Origin: Nemertoderma westbladi
Lineage: Eukaryota > Animalia > Xenacoelomorpha
Direction of reading: 5' to 3'
DNA length: 64,000 bases
NCBI GenBank assembly: GCA_032718475.1
Contig: JAUCBJ010005143.1
Coordinates: 1-64,000 of the forward strand
In this document: piece after piece, positions 25,064 to 40,900 of the stretch
Layout of the letters: each line of letters starts with the position of its first letter
Position numbering within the stretch: position 1 is the stretch's first letter
The notes under the pieces: generated by a model
What the model was told of the DNA's origin: nothing
The model's database searches: none
Seen by the model: the letters and a program-made list of their open reading frames with translations, nothing else
Made by a program: the position numbers and the translations under genes

Positions 25064-25456
25064 CTAACCACTGGGAAGCAGCACCTCAAACTTGCGCCAA
25101 TCACGTTTCTGCTTGTTAATAGCTGGCTGGCGAGTGCGTATATAAAACATTTCTAGTTTTTGCAGGACAGGACGCAAAGGGTGCCGTGCAATAACCTTGA
25201 AGTGTTTGAACAACTCTCGCCAGTCAGTCAACCAACGTGTGTTGGGCTCCCCGCGGTGCGTCATGATATGGTTGTGAACTGTCTTGCCTTGTTCACTACC
25301 ATCATTGGCCGACCCGTCTTGATGCTGTCTAACGCGTTCAAATAAGTGTTGGATGGTATGTCCAACATATTCCCCCTTACAAGAGGGACAAGCAAATGAA
25401 TACACGACGTTAGAAGCCAGAATATCGGGAACCGGATGTCTAATTTCTGTCATCAT
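25064..25456 (-). mobile_element. Penelope-like element 3' fragment: GIY-YIG endonuclease domain, RT missing
   Basis: NVVYxFxCxxCxxxYVGHT...LxxRxxQH...HxxxH...ExFYIxxxxPxINxQ is the typical PLE GIY-YIG pattern with Cys/His ligands. In-frame stop a few codons upstream of the ATG. Confidence 0.88.
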
Positions 25457-25488
25457 TTCTAACAGGATCTGCTATTCGATAAAAGCCA

Positions 25489-26910
25489 CGAGGAATACAT
25501 TGTACAAACTGCCTATTTCGAGCCTGTGATGGCTCGAGGAATACATTGTACAAACTGCCTATCTCGAGCCTGTGATGGCTCGAGGAATACATTGTACAAA
25601 CTGCCTATCTCGAGCCTGTGATGGCTCGAGGAATACATTGTACAAACTGCCTATCTCGAGCCTGTGATGGCTCGAGGAATACATTGTACAAACTGCCTAT
25701 CTCGAGCCTGTGATGGCTCTAGGAATACATTGTACAAACTGCCTATCTCGAGCCTGTGATGGCTCGAGGAATACATTGTACAAACTGCCTATCTCGAGCC
25801 TGTGATGGCTCGAGGAATACATTGTACAAACTGCCTATCTCGAGCCTGTGATGGCTCGAGGAATACATTGTACAAACTGCCTATTTCGAGCCTGTGATGG
25901 CTCGAGGAATACATTGTACAAACTGCCTATCTCGAGCCTGTGATGGCTCTAGGAATACATTGTACAAACTGCCTATCTCGAGCCTGTGATGGCTCGAGGA
26001 ATACATTGTACAAACTGCCTATCTCGAGCCTGTGATGGCTCGAGGAATACATTGTACAAACTGCCTATCTCGAGCCTGTGATGGCTCGAGGAATACATTG
26101 TACAAACTGCCTATCTCGAGCCTGTGATGGCTCGAGGAATACATTGTACAAACTGCCTATCTCGAGCCTGTGATGGCTCGAGGAATACATTGTACAAACT
26201 GCCTATCTCGAGCCTGTGATGGCTCGAGGAATACATTGTACAAACTGCCTATCTCGAGCCTGTGATGGCTCGAGGAATACATTGTACAAACTGCCTATCT
26301 CGAGCCTGTGATGGCTCGAGGAATACATTGTACAAACTGCCTATCTCGAGCCTGTGATGGCTCGAGGAATACATTGTACAAACTGCCTATCTCGAGCCTG
26401 TGATGGCTCGAGGAATACATTGTACAAACTGCCTATCTCGAGCCTGTGATGGCTCGAGGAATACATTGTACAAACTGCCTATCTCGAGCCTGTGATGGCT
26501 CGAGGAATACATTGTACAAACTGCCTATCTCGAGCCTGTGATGGCTCGAGGAATACATTGTACAAACTGCCTATCTCGAGCCTGTGATGGCTCGAGGAAT
26601 ACATTGTACAAACTGCCTATCTCGAGCCTGTGATGGCTCGAGGAATACATTGTACAAACTGCCTATCTCGAGCCTGTGATGGCTCGAGGAATACATTGTA
26701 CAAACTGCCTATCTCGAGCCTGTGATGGCTCGAGGAATACATTGTACAAACTGCCTATCTCGAGCCTGTGATGGCTCGAGGAATACATTGTACAAACTGC
26801 CTATCTCGAGCCTGTGATGGCTCGAGGAATACATTGTACAAACTGCCTATCTCGAGCCTGTGATGGCTCGAGGAATACATTGTACAAACTGCCTATCTCG
26901 AGCCTGTGAT
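25489..26910. repeat. Tandem array, 46-bp unit CGAGGAATACATTGTACAAACTGCCTATCTCGAGCCTGTGATGGCT, about 31 copies
   Basis: Period 46, almost invariant. Hairpin CTCGAGCC-TGTGAT-GGCTCGAG in each unit. Confidence 0.98.
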
Positions 26911-28221
26911 GTGAACCTTGACAAAAATCAAACTAACACTGATAGGTCTACATCATATTTTAACTTTGAATTCGAGGGAAAATTCATGTCACCCCAATGT
27001 AGAGTGAATACTGCTGACTATAATTAATCTTTTTGTCATTCTTAAATTATTTTATGAAATGCATTTACAACTGGATTGTAATTTAGAGTATTTTTAGATG
27101 TATTTTGCATTATTTTACTTGAAATTAATTAAATATTCTGATTTGGTGAACTGAATCAATTTTTTATGTTTAATTTTGACCTGGGACTGTGAGATTGGTT
27201 TTTAGAAAGTGACAATGGGGTTCACGACTCAAATGACAAAATGTACTGAAAAAAACTTGTGCACATAACTTTCCAAATCAATACATTATTAATTATAATT
27301 TCCAACGTTGTACTGAATTCCTTTCAGGCGGAATTTGGCTCGCCCCAAGTATTTCCTACCTTATAGGAACAGAACTGTTTGGGTTTCTAGGCGGAAAGTT
27401 AGGCAGGTCTGTAACCATGGCAACTAACAATAATTATAAAGTTAAGAAGGCCTGTTTAACCATCCCAACTAACAATAAATAACAATAATATGAAACTACT
27501 AATACTCCCCACAGTTAGATATTAATACTAACAGATACTAAACTAACAGTTAGATACTAATATTGCAACCCCTTGCCTTGCACGGTAACATATAGTCTAT
27601 AATACGTCTTACCCTTTACCCAGTGTTCATATTGATATGTTTGCGGTTAGGGTTAAGTTCTACTGTTAGTTTTGTATCCTACTTTTATTACGTATTTAGT
27701 TATCATAATTTATTTCAAACTCCCTCAATTCCCTTTTCTTATAAACGTTTGCTATTTTGTTTTCCTTCAATGTTTGTTGCTTGGAATGCTCAGCTGTTCG
27801 CTTTCTGTGTCAATGTCTACACATAGGTAAGTTTGTCTTTTAATAATAGGCCTATATATTTACTTATATTATTACAGAGTACAGTGGTACTGCACTGCGC
27901 ACGCTAATACTGTAGTAATTATGGGCGAGAAGCTAGTGCTTGGAGTTCAATAATAATTAATTCGAAATTTTAAGTGTCAGTTTCCTACAATTTTTTTTCG
28001 ATTGGAAAAGGAATTGGAGAAAGTATTATAGATAAATCTCACGTCTTTTTGCGTAAGAAGGGGGATTTTCATTGAAAAATTTGTCGCTTGTGATACCGTG
28101 TACTGTGTAACCCTTAGTAACCACATTGTAGCGGGTGCGCACGTCTTATAGATTTCCCTTTAGGGGCTCCGTAAACCTCAGAGGTTGTACAAGTACAATG
28201 TATGGGAGTAGTCGTACCCCA

Positions 28222-29225
28222 ATCGTGACTGCAGAGATCAGACTCAGTTTGAGAGCCAGCAAACCCAGGACAAGCAAGCAGATCAACTAGGACTGGGAGA
28301 AACTCAGAACTGACAATACAGTAAAGGATGCTTACACAGTAGAAGTTCAAAACCGCTTTGAAGCACTTCAGTCAATGGATGAAGACCAATCCACCAATTC
28401 AATATACCAGAATATAATAACAGCCCACAAGGAATCAGCTAAGAGGCATATCCCCCAGAAACCCAAACGAAAACAGTATGTACCATGGCAAAACTCTGAG
28501 GTTACTTGTAAGAGAGAAGATCTTAAGATAGCCTACAAAGTTAAAACCTAACAACCAACAACCGAAAACATTAACAAGGTTGAGAAAGCTAAGGATGATC
28601 TTAAATTGGCCTACAACATCAGCCAGGAAAAGTACATACAGGATAAAACTGAAGCAATTACAACTGCTCACATACAGCAACAATCAAGACTTACCTGGCA
28701 AACTGTAAAATGAGGTATCTGGTCGGAAACGTTGTGCTAAGGGGCGCATCAAAGCTGATAGTCCTGAAGAACGAGTTGGGAAATTGAAAGATCACTTCAG
28801 CAACTTGGTTGGGCAGCCACCAAACATCGAGGTCAGCCCTACAAGGAAAATATATGACAAGACGCTACCTATAGAAACAGGGGACTTCACACCCGCCGAA
28901 CTCCAAAGAAGCATTAAAAGCATGTCCAGTAATAAAGCGAGTGGATTAGATGAAATCCCAGCGGAAGTATGGAAAACTGGAGTGCTAAACCGACCATTAT
29001 TGAATGTTTGCAACCGGATGCTGAAAGGAGAAAAGCCCCCACCAATTTGGACTAAAAGTCAACTAAAGCCTCTCCCCTAGAAAGGAGACCTCGGTATACC
29101 AACAAACTATCGTGGGATCTGTCTGCTTGTGGTAGCTGCAAAAATATGCAATAAAATGATTCTATATAGGATTAGGCCTCACATAGAGAAACTACTGCGT
29201 AAGAGCCAAAACGGATTTCGTTCCA
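28222..29225 (+). mobile_element. RTE-like non-LTR retrotransposon A, 5' remnant (end of APE domain, linker, RT N-terminus), with stops and frameshifts
   Basis: Pieces translate IVTAEIRLSLR, VEVQNRFEAL, KASGLDEIPAEVWK and LP*KGDL...NYRGICLL..AAKI.NKMIL.RIRP.IEKLLRKSQNGFR. Confidence 0.85.
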
Positions 29226-29239
29226 GTCCAATCCAATAG

Positions 29240-30743
29240 TTCCAATCGTGCCAGTGGAGTAGATGGTGTTCCCCCTGAGGTCTTTAAAATACTTGAGTGT
29301 TTAAAGCTCATCTATGCCATCATAGTAGACATGTACCGAACAACAAGAGTCCCACAAGAAATGAAAAGAAATAAGTTGGTGCCAGTTCCCAAGAAGGGCG
29401 ACCTAACACTCTATGGTTCTTTTCGGGGAATCTCATTGATCTCGATTGCTGCAAAGCTATACAATAGAATTCTATTAAATCGCATCAGGGATCCCATTGA
29501 GAGACTGCTCCGTGGAAATCAGAATGGGTTCCGTAAAGGTCGTGGGACCATGGAACCCATTTTGGCACTTAGAAGGATAATTGAAGAGTTATCAAAAAAG
29601 AAAGACAGGCATCTGGCTGTTATCTTTGTTGACTTCTCCAAGGCCTTTGATTCAGTCTCTCGCTCACGTATGTTCAGCATACTTTCATTATATGGGATTC
29701 CTGATGAAATTATTGCAGCAATCAGATCAGTATACGATGGTTCGACAACATTTGTGTCTACTGTTGAAGGTGACACAGAACCATTTGAAGTGTTATGGGG
29801 CGTCCTCCAGGGAGACACTCTGGCACCATTCTTGTTCATAATTGTGGTTGACTATGTTCTACGCATGTCCTTAGATCATCATGATGATGATGGGGTGATG
29901 ATAACTCCACCTACTGGCTCCAGAAGTCGAGGAAATCCTGCCAAGTACCTAACTGATCTAGACTTTGCTGATAACTTAGGAGTACTCTCAGAATCACTAG
30001 AGGGAGCGCAACGGCTCCTCAGCTCATTAGAACATGCTGCTTCTAGTGTTGGTCTTTTTATTAACTCCAGAAAGACCAAAATTTTGACAGTTAACTTTGA
30101 AAGTTCTCAGCAAGTCTCTGATCGGATGAGCATAAGCTCAAAGGATGGTATGCTTGAGCATGTGGACGACTTCTGTTACCTGGGATCATGGATCCGGATG
30201 TCAGGTGAGGACCTTCGAATACGTAAGGGAAAGGCTTGGGCAGCCTTGAATAGGCTTTCCAGGATTTGGAAGTCACTGAGAATTAATCGGAAACTTAAGG
30301 TCCGATTATTTAGAGCAGCAGTAGTTCCAGTACTCCTCTATGGGAGTCCATGCTGGGCTCTAACTGCTGAGGATACCAAATCTCTGGATGGCACATTCAC
30401 AAGAATGCTACGCTGGGTTCATTGTGTCAAGTACAATGCACACATCTCCAATCAGACACTATATAACATTGGAGGTGTCGTATTGGTTCCCCCAAGCTTG
30501 ACACTAGAACAAAATAGCCTCCGCTTTGTAGGACATTGCTTTTGCCGTGAGGACCAGCCAGTGCATAATCTTGTACTTTGGCAGCCTCATAGAGTGAATA
30601 AGCATGGTGGACAGCCCGTGACTTTCTTGAGACGCATCTTAAAGGACACTGGTCTTGAAGATGCGGATGATCTAGCAAATGTCATGGGTGATAGGGAGTT
30701 GTGGCGACGCAATTGTGTCGACAAGCCGGCACAGCATTTTTAA
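29240..30743 (+). mobile_element. RTE-like non-LTR retrotransposon B, 5'-truncated RT ORF (470-aa ORF 29331-30743), probably inactive
   Basis: PKKGDL, FRGISL, QNGFR, FVDFSKAFDSV, GVLQGDTLAPFLF, LDFADN (catalytic DD is DN), FCYLGS and LRFVGHC. No endonuclease. Confidence 0.93.
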
Positions 30744-30799
30744 AAATGCAGCTGCAATGCAGCATGCCGATACTAGTAGTGAAGGTATTCACTCAATGG

Positions 30800-31645
30800 A
30801 TCTTCCTGAAGTCACAGACACCACCTTTGCGGATGACATTGCCGGATTGCCCTGCTTCCTAATACGCTAGCTGATGCACATATTCCATATATTCTATGGA
30901 TTGCATATAAATGCTACCAAGACCGAATTCATGACCTTTAATGTTGATGGAAACTTGACAACCATTGACAATAATCAACTAAGGAAGGTTGACGACTTCC
31001 AGTACCTTGGATCATGGATAGAGAGTTACAAAAAGGACATAGAAGTTAGGAAAGCAAAGGCTTGGGTAGCTCATCAAAAATGGATACCATCTGGAAATCA
31101 GATCTCTCCAGGCACCTGAAGACTAAGTTCTTTCGAGCCACAGTGGAAAGTGTATTTTTATACGGGGGTGAGACCTGGACACTGACTAAATCACTTGAAC
31201 AACGAATTGATGGTTGCTACACAAGATTACTAAGGGCAGCCCTAAACATCAGCTGGAGACAACACATGACAAACGCCGAGCTTTATGGTACAATACCACC
31301 TGTATCAACCAAAATAAGATAAGATAAGATAATTCTTTTATTCACAAATACTTCTAAGCCTTATTAGGGCTACGAAGGCAGTATACGCAATACATAGTAC
31401 ACGATACTGATAATTAAGGTGAATAAGCGTCTATAATCAAACAGCTGTCTTTCAATCAAACCACCCTCCGTGAACGCAGATTACGATTCAGTGGGCACTG
31501 CTGGCGAAGTAAAGACGAGGTCATACCAGACCTACTTTTCTGGCAACCAACTCATGGAAAGCGTACCCATGGATCACCGGCTATAACATATATAGATCAA
31601 CTTGAAAGGGATACTGAACTTGGGAGAAACGAAATGGCGACAATT
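30800..31645 (+). mobile_element. RTE-like element 3' remnant (probably element A resuming), frameshifted and interrupted
   Basis: TFADDIA, GLHINATKTEFM, DFQYLGSWI, FFRATVESVFLYGGETWTLT, then after an insert LRERRLRFSGHCWRSK...FWQPTHGKR. Confidence 0.85.
31313..31453 (-). mobile_element. About 140-bp insertion, probable 3' tail of another retroelement
   Basis: Interrupts the RTE reading frame. The minus strand ends in an (ATCTT)3-type tail. Imperfect target duplication ATCAACCA / ATCAAACCA. Confidence 0.5.
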
Positions 31646-31916
31646 TCGATTGATTTTGAGCTCTGGTCTCTTTTTCAAGGATAAAATAGTTACTTATAAA
31701 TTAATAAAATGTTACAACGTCATTATTTAATTTAGTTACCAGAATATATTTACATAATTTAGTAGAACAAAAACTGGCTCATAAACGCCTTGCCTATTTT
31801 GTAGGACTGACCTCGTTTTTATCTTATACTCATCTCAATGAAGTCATATCGTTATCTTCCCCATAGTGTCGTTGATTGATTAGATAATCTAAAACTCACT
31901 CAATGTTTGTTTCTAG

Positions 31917-31968
31917 GTGGATTTCATCGTGTCTTGGGATGGCCATTGTTGGATTAACAATGTTTTTC
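31917..31968 (+). CDS. Vmat: VMAT/SLC18A-like internal exon D (52 nt)
   Basis: Acceptor tgtttgtttctag| and perfect donor |gtaagt. Translates (R)WISSCLGMAIVGLTMFF, compared with VMAT TM9 RWLCALLGMIIVG. Phase 2 in, phase 0 out. Confidence 0.9.
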
Positions 31969-31974
31969 GTAAGT

Positions 31975-34900
31975 TATATTCACAATAACCCGTATTATAC
32001 ACAATAACCCGTATTATACACAATAACCCGTATTATTCACAATAACCCGTATTATACACAATAACCCGTATTATACACAATAACCCGTATTATACACAAT
32101 AACCCGTATTATACTCAATAACCCGTATTATACACAATAACCCGTATTATACACAATAACCCGTATTATACACAATAACCCGTATTATACACAATAACCC
32201 GTATTATACACAATAACCTGTATTATACACAATAACCCGTATTATTCACAATAACCCGTATTATACAAAATAACACGTATTATACACAATAACCTGTATT
32301 ATACACAATAACCTGTATTATACACAATAACCCGTATTATACACAATAACCTGTATTATACACAATAACCCGTATTATACACAATAACCCGTATTATACA
32401 CAATAACCCGTATTATACACAATAACCCGTATTATACACAATAACCCGTATTATAAACAATAACCCGTATTATACATAATAACCTGTATTATACACAATA
32501 GCCCGTATTATACACAATAACCTGTATTATACACAATAACCCGTATTATACACAATAACCCGTATTATACACAATAACCCGTATTATACACAATAACCCG
32601 TATTATAAACAATAACCCGTATTATACATAATAACCTGTATTATACACAATAGCCCGTATTATACACAATAACCTGTATTATACACAATAGCCCGTATTA
32701 TATACAATAACCTGTATTATACACAATAACCCGTATTATACACAATAACCCGTATTATGCACAATAACCCGTATTATACACAATAACCCGTATTATACAC
32801 AATATCCCGTATTATACACAATAACCCGTATTATACACAATAACCGGTATTATATAATAACCCGTATTTTACACAATAACCCGTATTATACACAATAACC
32901 CGTATTATACACAATAACCTGTATTATACACAATAGCCCGTAATATATACAATAACTTGTATTATACACAATAGCCCGTATTATATACAATAACTTGTAT
33001 TATACACAATATCCCGTATTATACACAATAACCCGTATTATACACAATAACCCGTATTATACACAATAACCCGTATTATACACAATAACCCGTATTATAC
33101 ACAATAACCCGTATTATACACAATAACCCGTATTATAAACAATAACCCGTATTATACACAATAACCTGTATTATACACAATAACCCATATTATACACAAT
33201 AACCCGTATTATACACAATAACCCGTATTATACACAATAACCCGTATTATACACAATAACCCGTATTATACACAATAACCCGTATTATACACAATAACCC
33301 GTATTATACACAATAACCCGTATTATACACAATAACCTGTATTATACACAATAACCCGTATTATACACAATAACCCGTATTATAAACAATAACCCGTATT
33401 ATACATAATAACCTGTATTATACACAATAGCCCGTATTATACACAATAACCCGTATTATACACAATAACCCGTATTATACACAATAACCCGTATTATAAA
33501 CAATAACCCGTATTATACATAATAACCTGTATTATACACAATAGCCCGTATTATACACAATAACCTGTATTATACACAATAGCCCGTATTATATACAATA
33601 ACCTGTATTATACACAATAACCCGTATTATACACAATAACCCGTATTATGCACAATAACCCGTATTATACACAATAACCCGTATTATACACAATAACCCG
33701 TATTATACACAATAACCCGTATTATACACAATAACCCGTATTATACACAATAACCCGTATTATACACAATAACCTGTATTATACACAATAACCCGTATTA
33801 TACACAATAACCCGTATTATACACAATATCCCGTATTATACACAATAACCCGTATTATACACAATAACCCGTATTATACACAATAACCTGTATTATACAC
33901 AATAGCCCGTATTATATACAATAACCTGTATTATACACAATAACCCGTATTATATACAATAACCTGTATTATACTCAATAACCCGTATTATACACAATAA
34001 CCCGTATTATACACAATATCCCGTATTATACACAATAACCCATATTATACACAATAACCCATATTATACACAATAACCCGTATTATACACAATAACCCGT
34101 ATTATACACAATAACCCGTATTATACACAATAACCCGTATTATACACAATAACCCGTATTATACACAATAACCCGTATTATACACAATAACCCGTATTAT
34201 ACACAATAACCTGTATTATACACAATAACCTGTATTATACACAATAACCTGTATTATACACAATAACCCGTATTATACACAATAACCCGTATTATACACA
34301 AAACCCGTATTATACACAATAACCCGTATTATACACAATAACCTGTATTATACACAATAACCCGTATTATACACAATAACCCGTATTATACACAATAACC
34401 TGTATTATACACAATGACCCGTATTATACACAATAACCCGTATTATACACAATAACCCGTATTATACACAATAACCCGTATTATACACAATAACTCGTAT
34501 TATACACAATAACCCGTATTATACACAATAACCCGTATTATACACAATAACCTGTATTATACACAATAACCCGTATTATTCACAATAACCCGTATTATAC
34601 ACAATAACCCGTATTATACACAATAACCCGTATTATACACAATAACCCGTATTATACACAATAACCTGTATTATACACAATAACCCGTATTATACACAAT
34701 AACCCGTATTATACACAATAACCCGTATTATACACAATAACCCGTATTATACACAATAACTCGTATTATACAAAATAACCCGTATTATACACAATAACCT
34801 GAATTATACACAATAACCCGTATTATACACAATAACCCGTATTATACACAATAACTCGTATTATACACAATAACCCGTATTATACAAAATAACCCGTATT

Positions 34901-37900
34901 ATACACAAGAACCCGTATTATACACAATAACCCGTATTATACACAATAACTCGTATTATACACAATAACCCGTATTATACAAAATAACCCGTATTATACA
35001 CAAGAACCCGTATTATACACAATAACCCATATTATACACAATAACCCGTATTATACACAATAACCCGTATTATACACAATAACCCGTATTATACACAATA
35101 ACCTGTATTATACACAAGAACCCGTATTATACACAATAACCCGCATTATACACAATAACCCGTATTATACACAATAACCCGTATTCTACACAATAACCTG
35201 TATTATACACAAGAACCCGTATTAGACACAATAACCCGTATTATACACAATAACACGTATTATACACAATAACCCGTATTATACACAATAACCTGTATTA
35301 TACACAATAACCCGTATTATACACAATAACCTGTATTATACACAATAACCCGTATTATACACAATAACCCGTATTATACACAATAACCCGTATTATACAC
35401 AATAACCCGTATTATACACAATAACCTGTATTATACACAAGAACCCGTATTATACACAATAACCCGTATTATACACAATAACCCGTATTATACACAATAA
35501 CCCGTATTCTACACAATAACCTGTATTATACACAAGAACCTGTATTAGACACAATAACCCGTATTATACACAATAGCCCGTATTATATACAATAACCTGT
35601 ATTACACACAATAACCCGTATTATACACAATAACCCGTATTATACACAATAACCTGTATTATACACAATAACCTGTATTATACACAATAACCTGTATTAT
35701 ACACAATAACCCGTATTATACACAATAACCTGTATTATACACAATAACCCGTATTATACACAATAACCCGTATTATAAACAATAACCCGTATTATAAACA
35801 ATAACCCGTATTATACACAATAGCCCGTATTATACACAATAACCCGTATTATACACAATAACCCGTATTATACACAATAACCCGTGTTATACACAATAAC
35901 CCGTATTATACACATTAACCCGTATTATACACAATAAACCCGTATTATACATAATAACCCGTATTATACACAATAACCTGTATTATACACAATAACCCGT
36001 ATTATACACAATAACCCGTATTATACACAATAACCTGTATTATACACAATAACCCGTATTATACACAATAACCTGTATTATACACAATAACCTGTATTAT
36101 ACACAATAACCCGTATTATACACAATAACCCGTATTATACACAATAACCCGTATTATACACAATAACCCGTATTATACACAATAACCCGTATTATACACA
36201 ATAGCCCGTATTATACACAATAACCCGTATTATACACAATAACCCGTATTATACACAATAACCCGTGTTATACACAATAACCCGTATTATACACATTAAC
36301 CCGTATTATACACAATAACCTGTATTATACACAATATACTGTATTATACACAATAACCCGTATTATACACAATAACCCGTATTATACACAATAACCCGTA
36401 TTATACACAATAACCCGTATTATACACAATAACCCGTATTATAAACAATAACCCGTATTATACATAATAACCTGTATTATACACAATAGCCCGTATTATA
36501 CACAATAACCTGTATTATACACAATAGCCCGTATTATATACAATAACCTGTATTACACACAATAACCCGTATTATACACAATAACCGGTATTATATAATA
36601 ACCCGTATTTTACACAATAACCCGTATTATACACAATAACCCGTATTATACACAATAACCCGTATTTTACACAATAACCCGTATTTTACACAATAACCTG
36701 TATTATACACAATAGCCCGTATTATATACAATAACCCGTATTATACACAATAACCCGTATTTTACACAATAACCTGTATTATACACAATAACCCGTATTA
36801 TACACAATAACCCGTATTATACACAATAACCTGTATTATACACAATAACCCGTATTATACACAATAACCCGTATTATACACAATAACCCGTATTATACAC
36901 AATAACCCGTATTATACACAATAACCCGTATTATACACAATAACCTGTATTATACACAATAGCCCGTATTATATACAATAACCCGTATTATACACAATAA
37001 CCCGTATTATACACAATAACCCGTATTATATACAATAACCTGTATTACACACAATAACCCGTATTATATACAATAACTTGTATTATACACAATAACCTGT
37101 ATTATACACAATAACCCGTATTATACACAATAACCCATATTATACACAATAACCGGTATTATATAATAACCCGTATTTTACACAATAACCCGTATTTTAC
37201 ACAATAACCTGTATTATACACAATAGCCCGTATTATATACAATAACCCGTATTATACACAATAACCCGTATTTTACACAATAACCTGTATTATACACAAT
37301 AGCCCGTATTATACACAATAACCTGTATTATACACAATAGCCCGTATTATATACAATAACCTGTATTATACACAATAACCCGTATTATACACAATAACCC
37401 GTATTATACACAATAACCCGTATTATACACAATAACCCGTATTTTACACAATAACCTGTATTATACACAATAGCCCGTATTATACACAATAACCTGTATT
37501 ATACACAATAGCCCGTATTATATACAATAACCTGTATTATACACAATAACCCGTATTATACACAATAACCCGTATTATACACAATAACCCGTATTACACA
37601 CAATAACCCGTATTATACACAATAACCGGTATTATATAATAACCCGTATTTTACACAATAACCCGTATTATACACAATAACCCGTATTATACACAATAAC
37701 CCGTATTTTACACAATAACCCGTATTTTACACAATAACCTGTATTATACACAATAGCCCGTATTATATACAATAACCCGTATTATACACAATAACCCGTA
37801 TTATACACAATAACCCGTATTATATACAATAACCCGTATTATACACAATAACCCGTATTATACACAATAACCTGTATTATACACAATAACTCGTATTATA

Positions 37901-40900
37901 TGCAATAACCTGTATTATACACAATAACCCGTATTATATAATAACCCGTATTTTACACAATAACCCGTATTATACACAATAACCGGTATTATATAATAAC
38001 CCGTATTTTACACAATAACCCGTATTATACACAATAACCCGTATTATACACAATAACCCGTATTATACACAATAACCCGTATTATATACAATAACCCGTA
38101 TTATACACAATAACCCGTATTATACACAATAACCTGTATTATACACAATAACTCGTATTATATGCAATAACCTGTATTATACACAATAACCCGTATTATA
38201 CACAATAACCCGTATTTTACACAATAACCTGTATTATACACAATAGCCCGTATTATACACAATAACCTGTATTATACACAATAGCCCGTATTATATACAA
38301 TAACCTGTATTACACACAATAACCCGTATTATACACAATAACCGGTATTATATAATAACCCGTATTTTACACAATAACCCGTATTATACACAATAACCCG
38401 TATTATACACAATAACCCGTATTTTACACAATAACCCGTATTTTACACAATAACCCGTATTATACACAATAACCCGTATTATACACAATAACCCGTATTT
38501 TACACAATAACCCGTATTTTACACAATAACCTGTATTATACACAATAGCCCGTATTATATACAATAACCCGTATTATACACAATAACCCGTATTTTACAC
38601 AATAACCTGTATTATACACAATAGCCCGTATTATATACAATAACCTGTATTACACACAATAACCCGTATTATATACAATAACTTGTATTATACACAATAA
38701 CCCGTATTATACACAATAACCTGTATTATACACAATAACCTGTATTATACACAATAACCCGTATTATACACAATAACCCATATTATACACAATAACCGGT
38801 ATTATATAATAACCCGTATTTTACACAATAACCCGTATTATACACAATAACCCGTATTATACACAATAACCCGTATTATACACAATAACCCGTATTATAC
38901 ACAATAACCGGTATTATATAATAACCCGTATTTTACACAATAACCCGTATTATACACAATAACCCGTATTATACACAATAACCCGTATTACACACAATAA
39001 CCCGTATTATACACAATAACCGGTATTATATAATAACCCGTATTTTACACAATAACCCGTATTAGACACAATAACCCTTATTATACACAATAACCCGTAT
39101 TATGCACAATAACCCGTATTATACACAATAACCCGTATTATGCACAATAACCCGTATTATACACAATAACCCGTATTATACACAATATCCCGTATTATAC
39201 ACAATAACCCGTATTATACACAATAACCGGTATTATATAATAACCCGTATTTTACACAATAACCCGTATTATACACAATAACCCGTATTATACACAATAA
39301 CCTGTATTATACACAATAGCCCGTAATATATACAATAACTTGTATTATACACAATAGCCCGTATTATATACAATAACTTGTATTATACACAATAACCCGT
39401 ATTATACACAATAACCCGTATTATACACAATAACCCGTATTATACACAATAACCCGTATTATACACAATAACCCGTATTATACACAATAACCCGTATTAT
39501 ACACAATAACCCGTATTATACACAATAACCCGTATTATACACAATAACCCGTATTATACACAATAACCCGTATTATACACAATAACCCGTATTATACACA
39601 ATAACCTGTATTATACACAATAGCCCGTATTATATACAATAACTTGTATTATACACAATAACCCGTATTATACACAATATCCCGTATTATACACAATAAC
39701 CCGTATTATACACAATAACCGGTATTATATAATAACCCGTATTTTACACAATAACCCGTATTATACACAATAACCCGTATTATACACAATAACCCGTATT
39801 ATACACAATAACCTGTATTATACACAATAACCCGTATTATACACAATAACCCGTATTCTACACAATAACCCGTATTATACACAATAACCCGTATTCTACA
39901 CAATAACCTGTATTATACACAAGAACCCGTATTAGACACAATAACCCGTATTATACACAATAACACGTATTATACACAATAACCCGTATTATACACAATA
40001 ACCTGTATTATACACAATAACCCGTATTATACACAATAACCTGTATTATACACAATAACCCGTATTATACTCAATAACCCGTATTATACACAATAACCCG
40101 TATTATACACAATATCCCGTATTATACACAATAACCCGTATTATACACAATAACCCGTATTATACTCAATAACCCGTATTATACACAATAACCCGTATTA
40201 TACACAATAACCTGTATTATACACAATAACTTGTATTATACACAATAACCCGTATTATACACAATAACCCGTATTATACACAATAACCCGTATTATACAC
40301 AATAACCCGTATTCTACACAATAACCCGTATTATACACAATAACCCGTATTCTACACAATAACCTGTATTATACACAAGAACCCGTATTAGACACAATAA
40401 CCCGTATTATACACAATAACACGTATTATACACAATAACCCGTATTATACACAATAACCTGTATTATACACAATAACCCGTATTATACACAATAACCTGT
40501 ATTATACACAATAACCCGTATTATACTCAATAACCCGTATTATACACAATAACCCGTATTATACACAATATCCCGTATTATACACAATAACCCGTATTAT
40601 ACACAATAACCCGTATTATACTCAATAACCCGTATTATACACAATAACCCGTATTATACACAATAACCTGTATTATACACAATAACCTGTATTATACACA
40701 ATAACCCGTATTATACACAATAACCCGTATTATACACAATAACCCGTATTATACACAATAACCTGTATTATACACAATAACCCGTATTATACACAATAAC
40801 TTGTATTATACACAATAACCCATATTATACACAATAACCCGTATTATACAAAATAACCCATATTATACACAATAACCCGTATTATACACAATAACCCATA

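Noticed and set aside
27780-27835. Strong donor-like AG|GTAAGT at about 27827
   Set aside because: Upstream sequence gives no VMAT-like peptide, and exons C and D already join in frame. It could belong to a repeat or a cryptic exon but is unsupported.
29331-30743. 470-aa RT ORF as a domesticated gene, retron or telomerase
   Set aside because: Motifs are those of RTE-type LINEs. It is 5'-truncated, has FADN at the active site and is embedded in other LINE debris. The antisense and alternate-frame ORFs over it are shadows.
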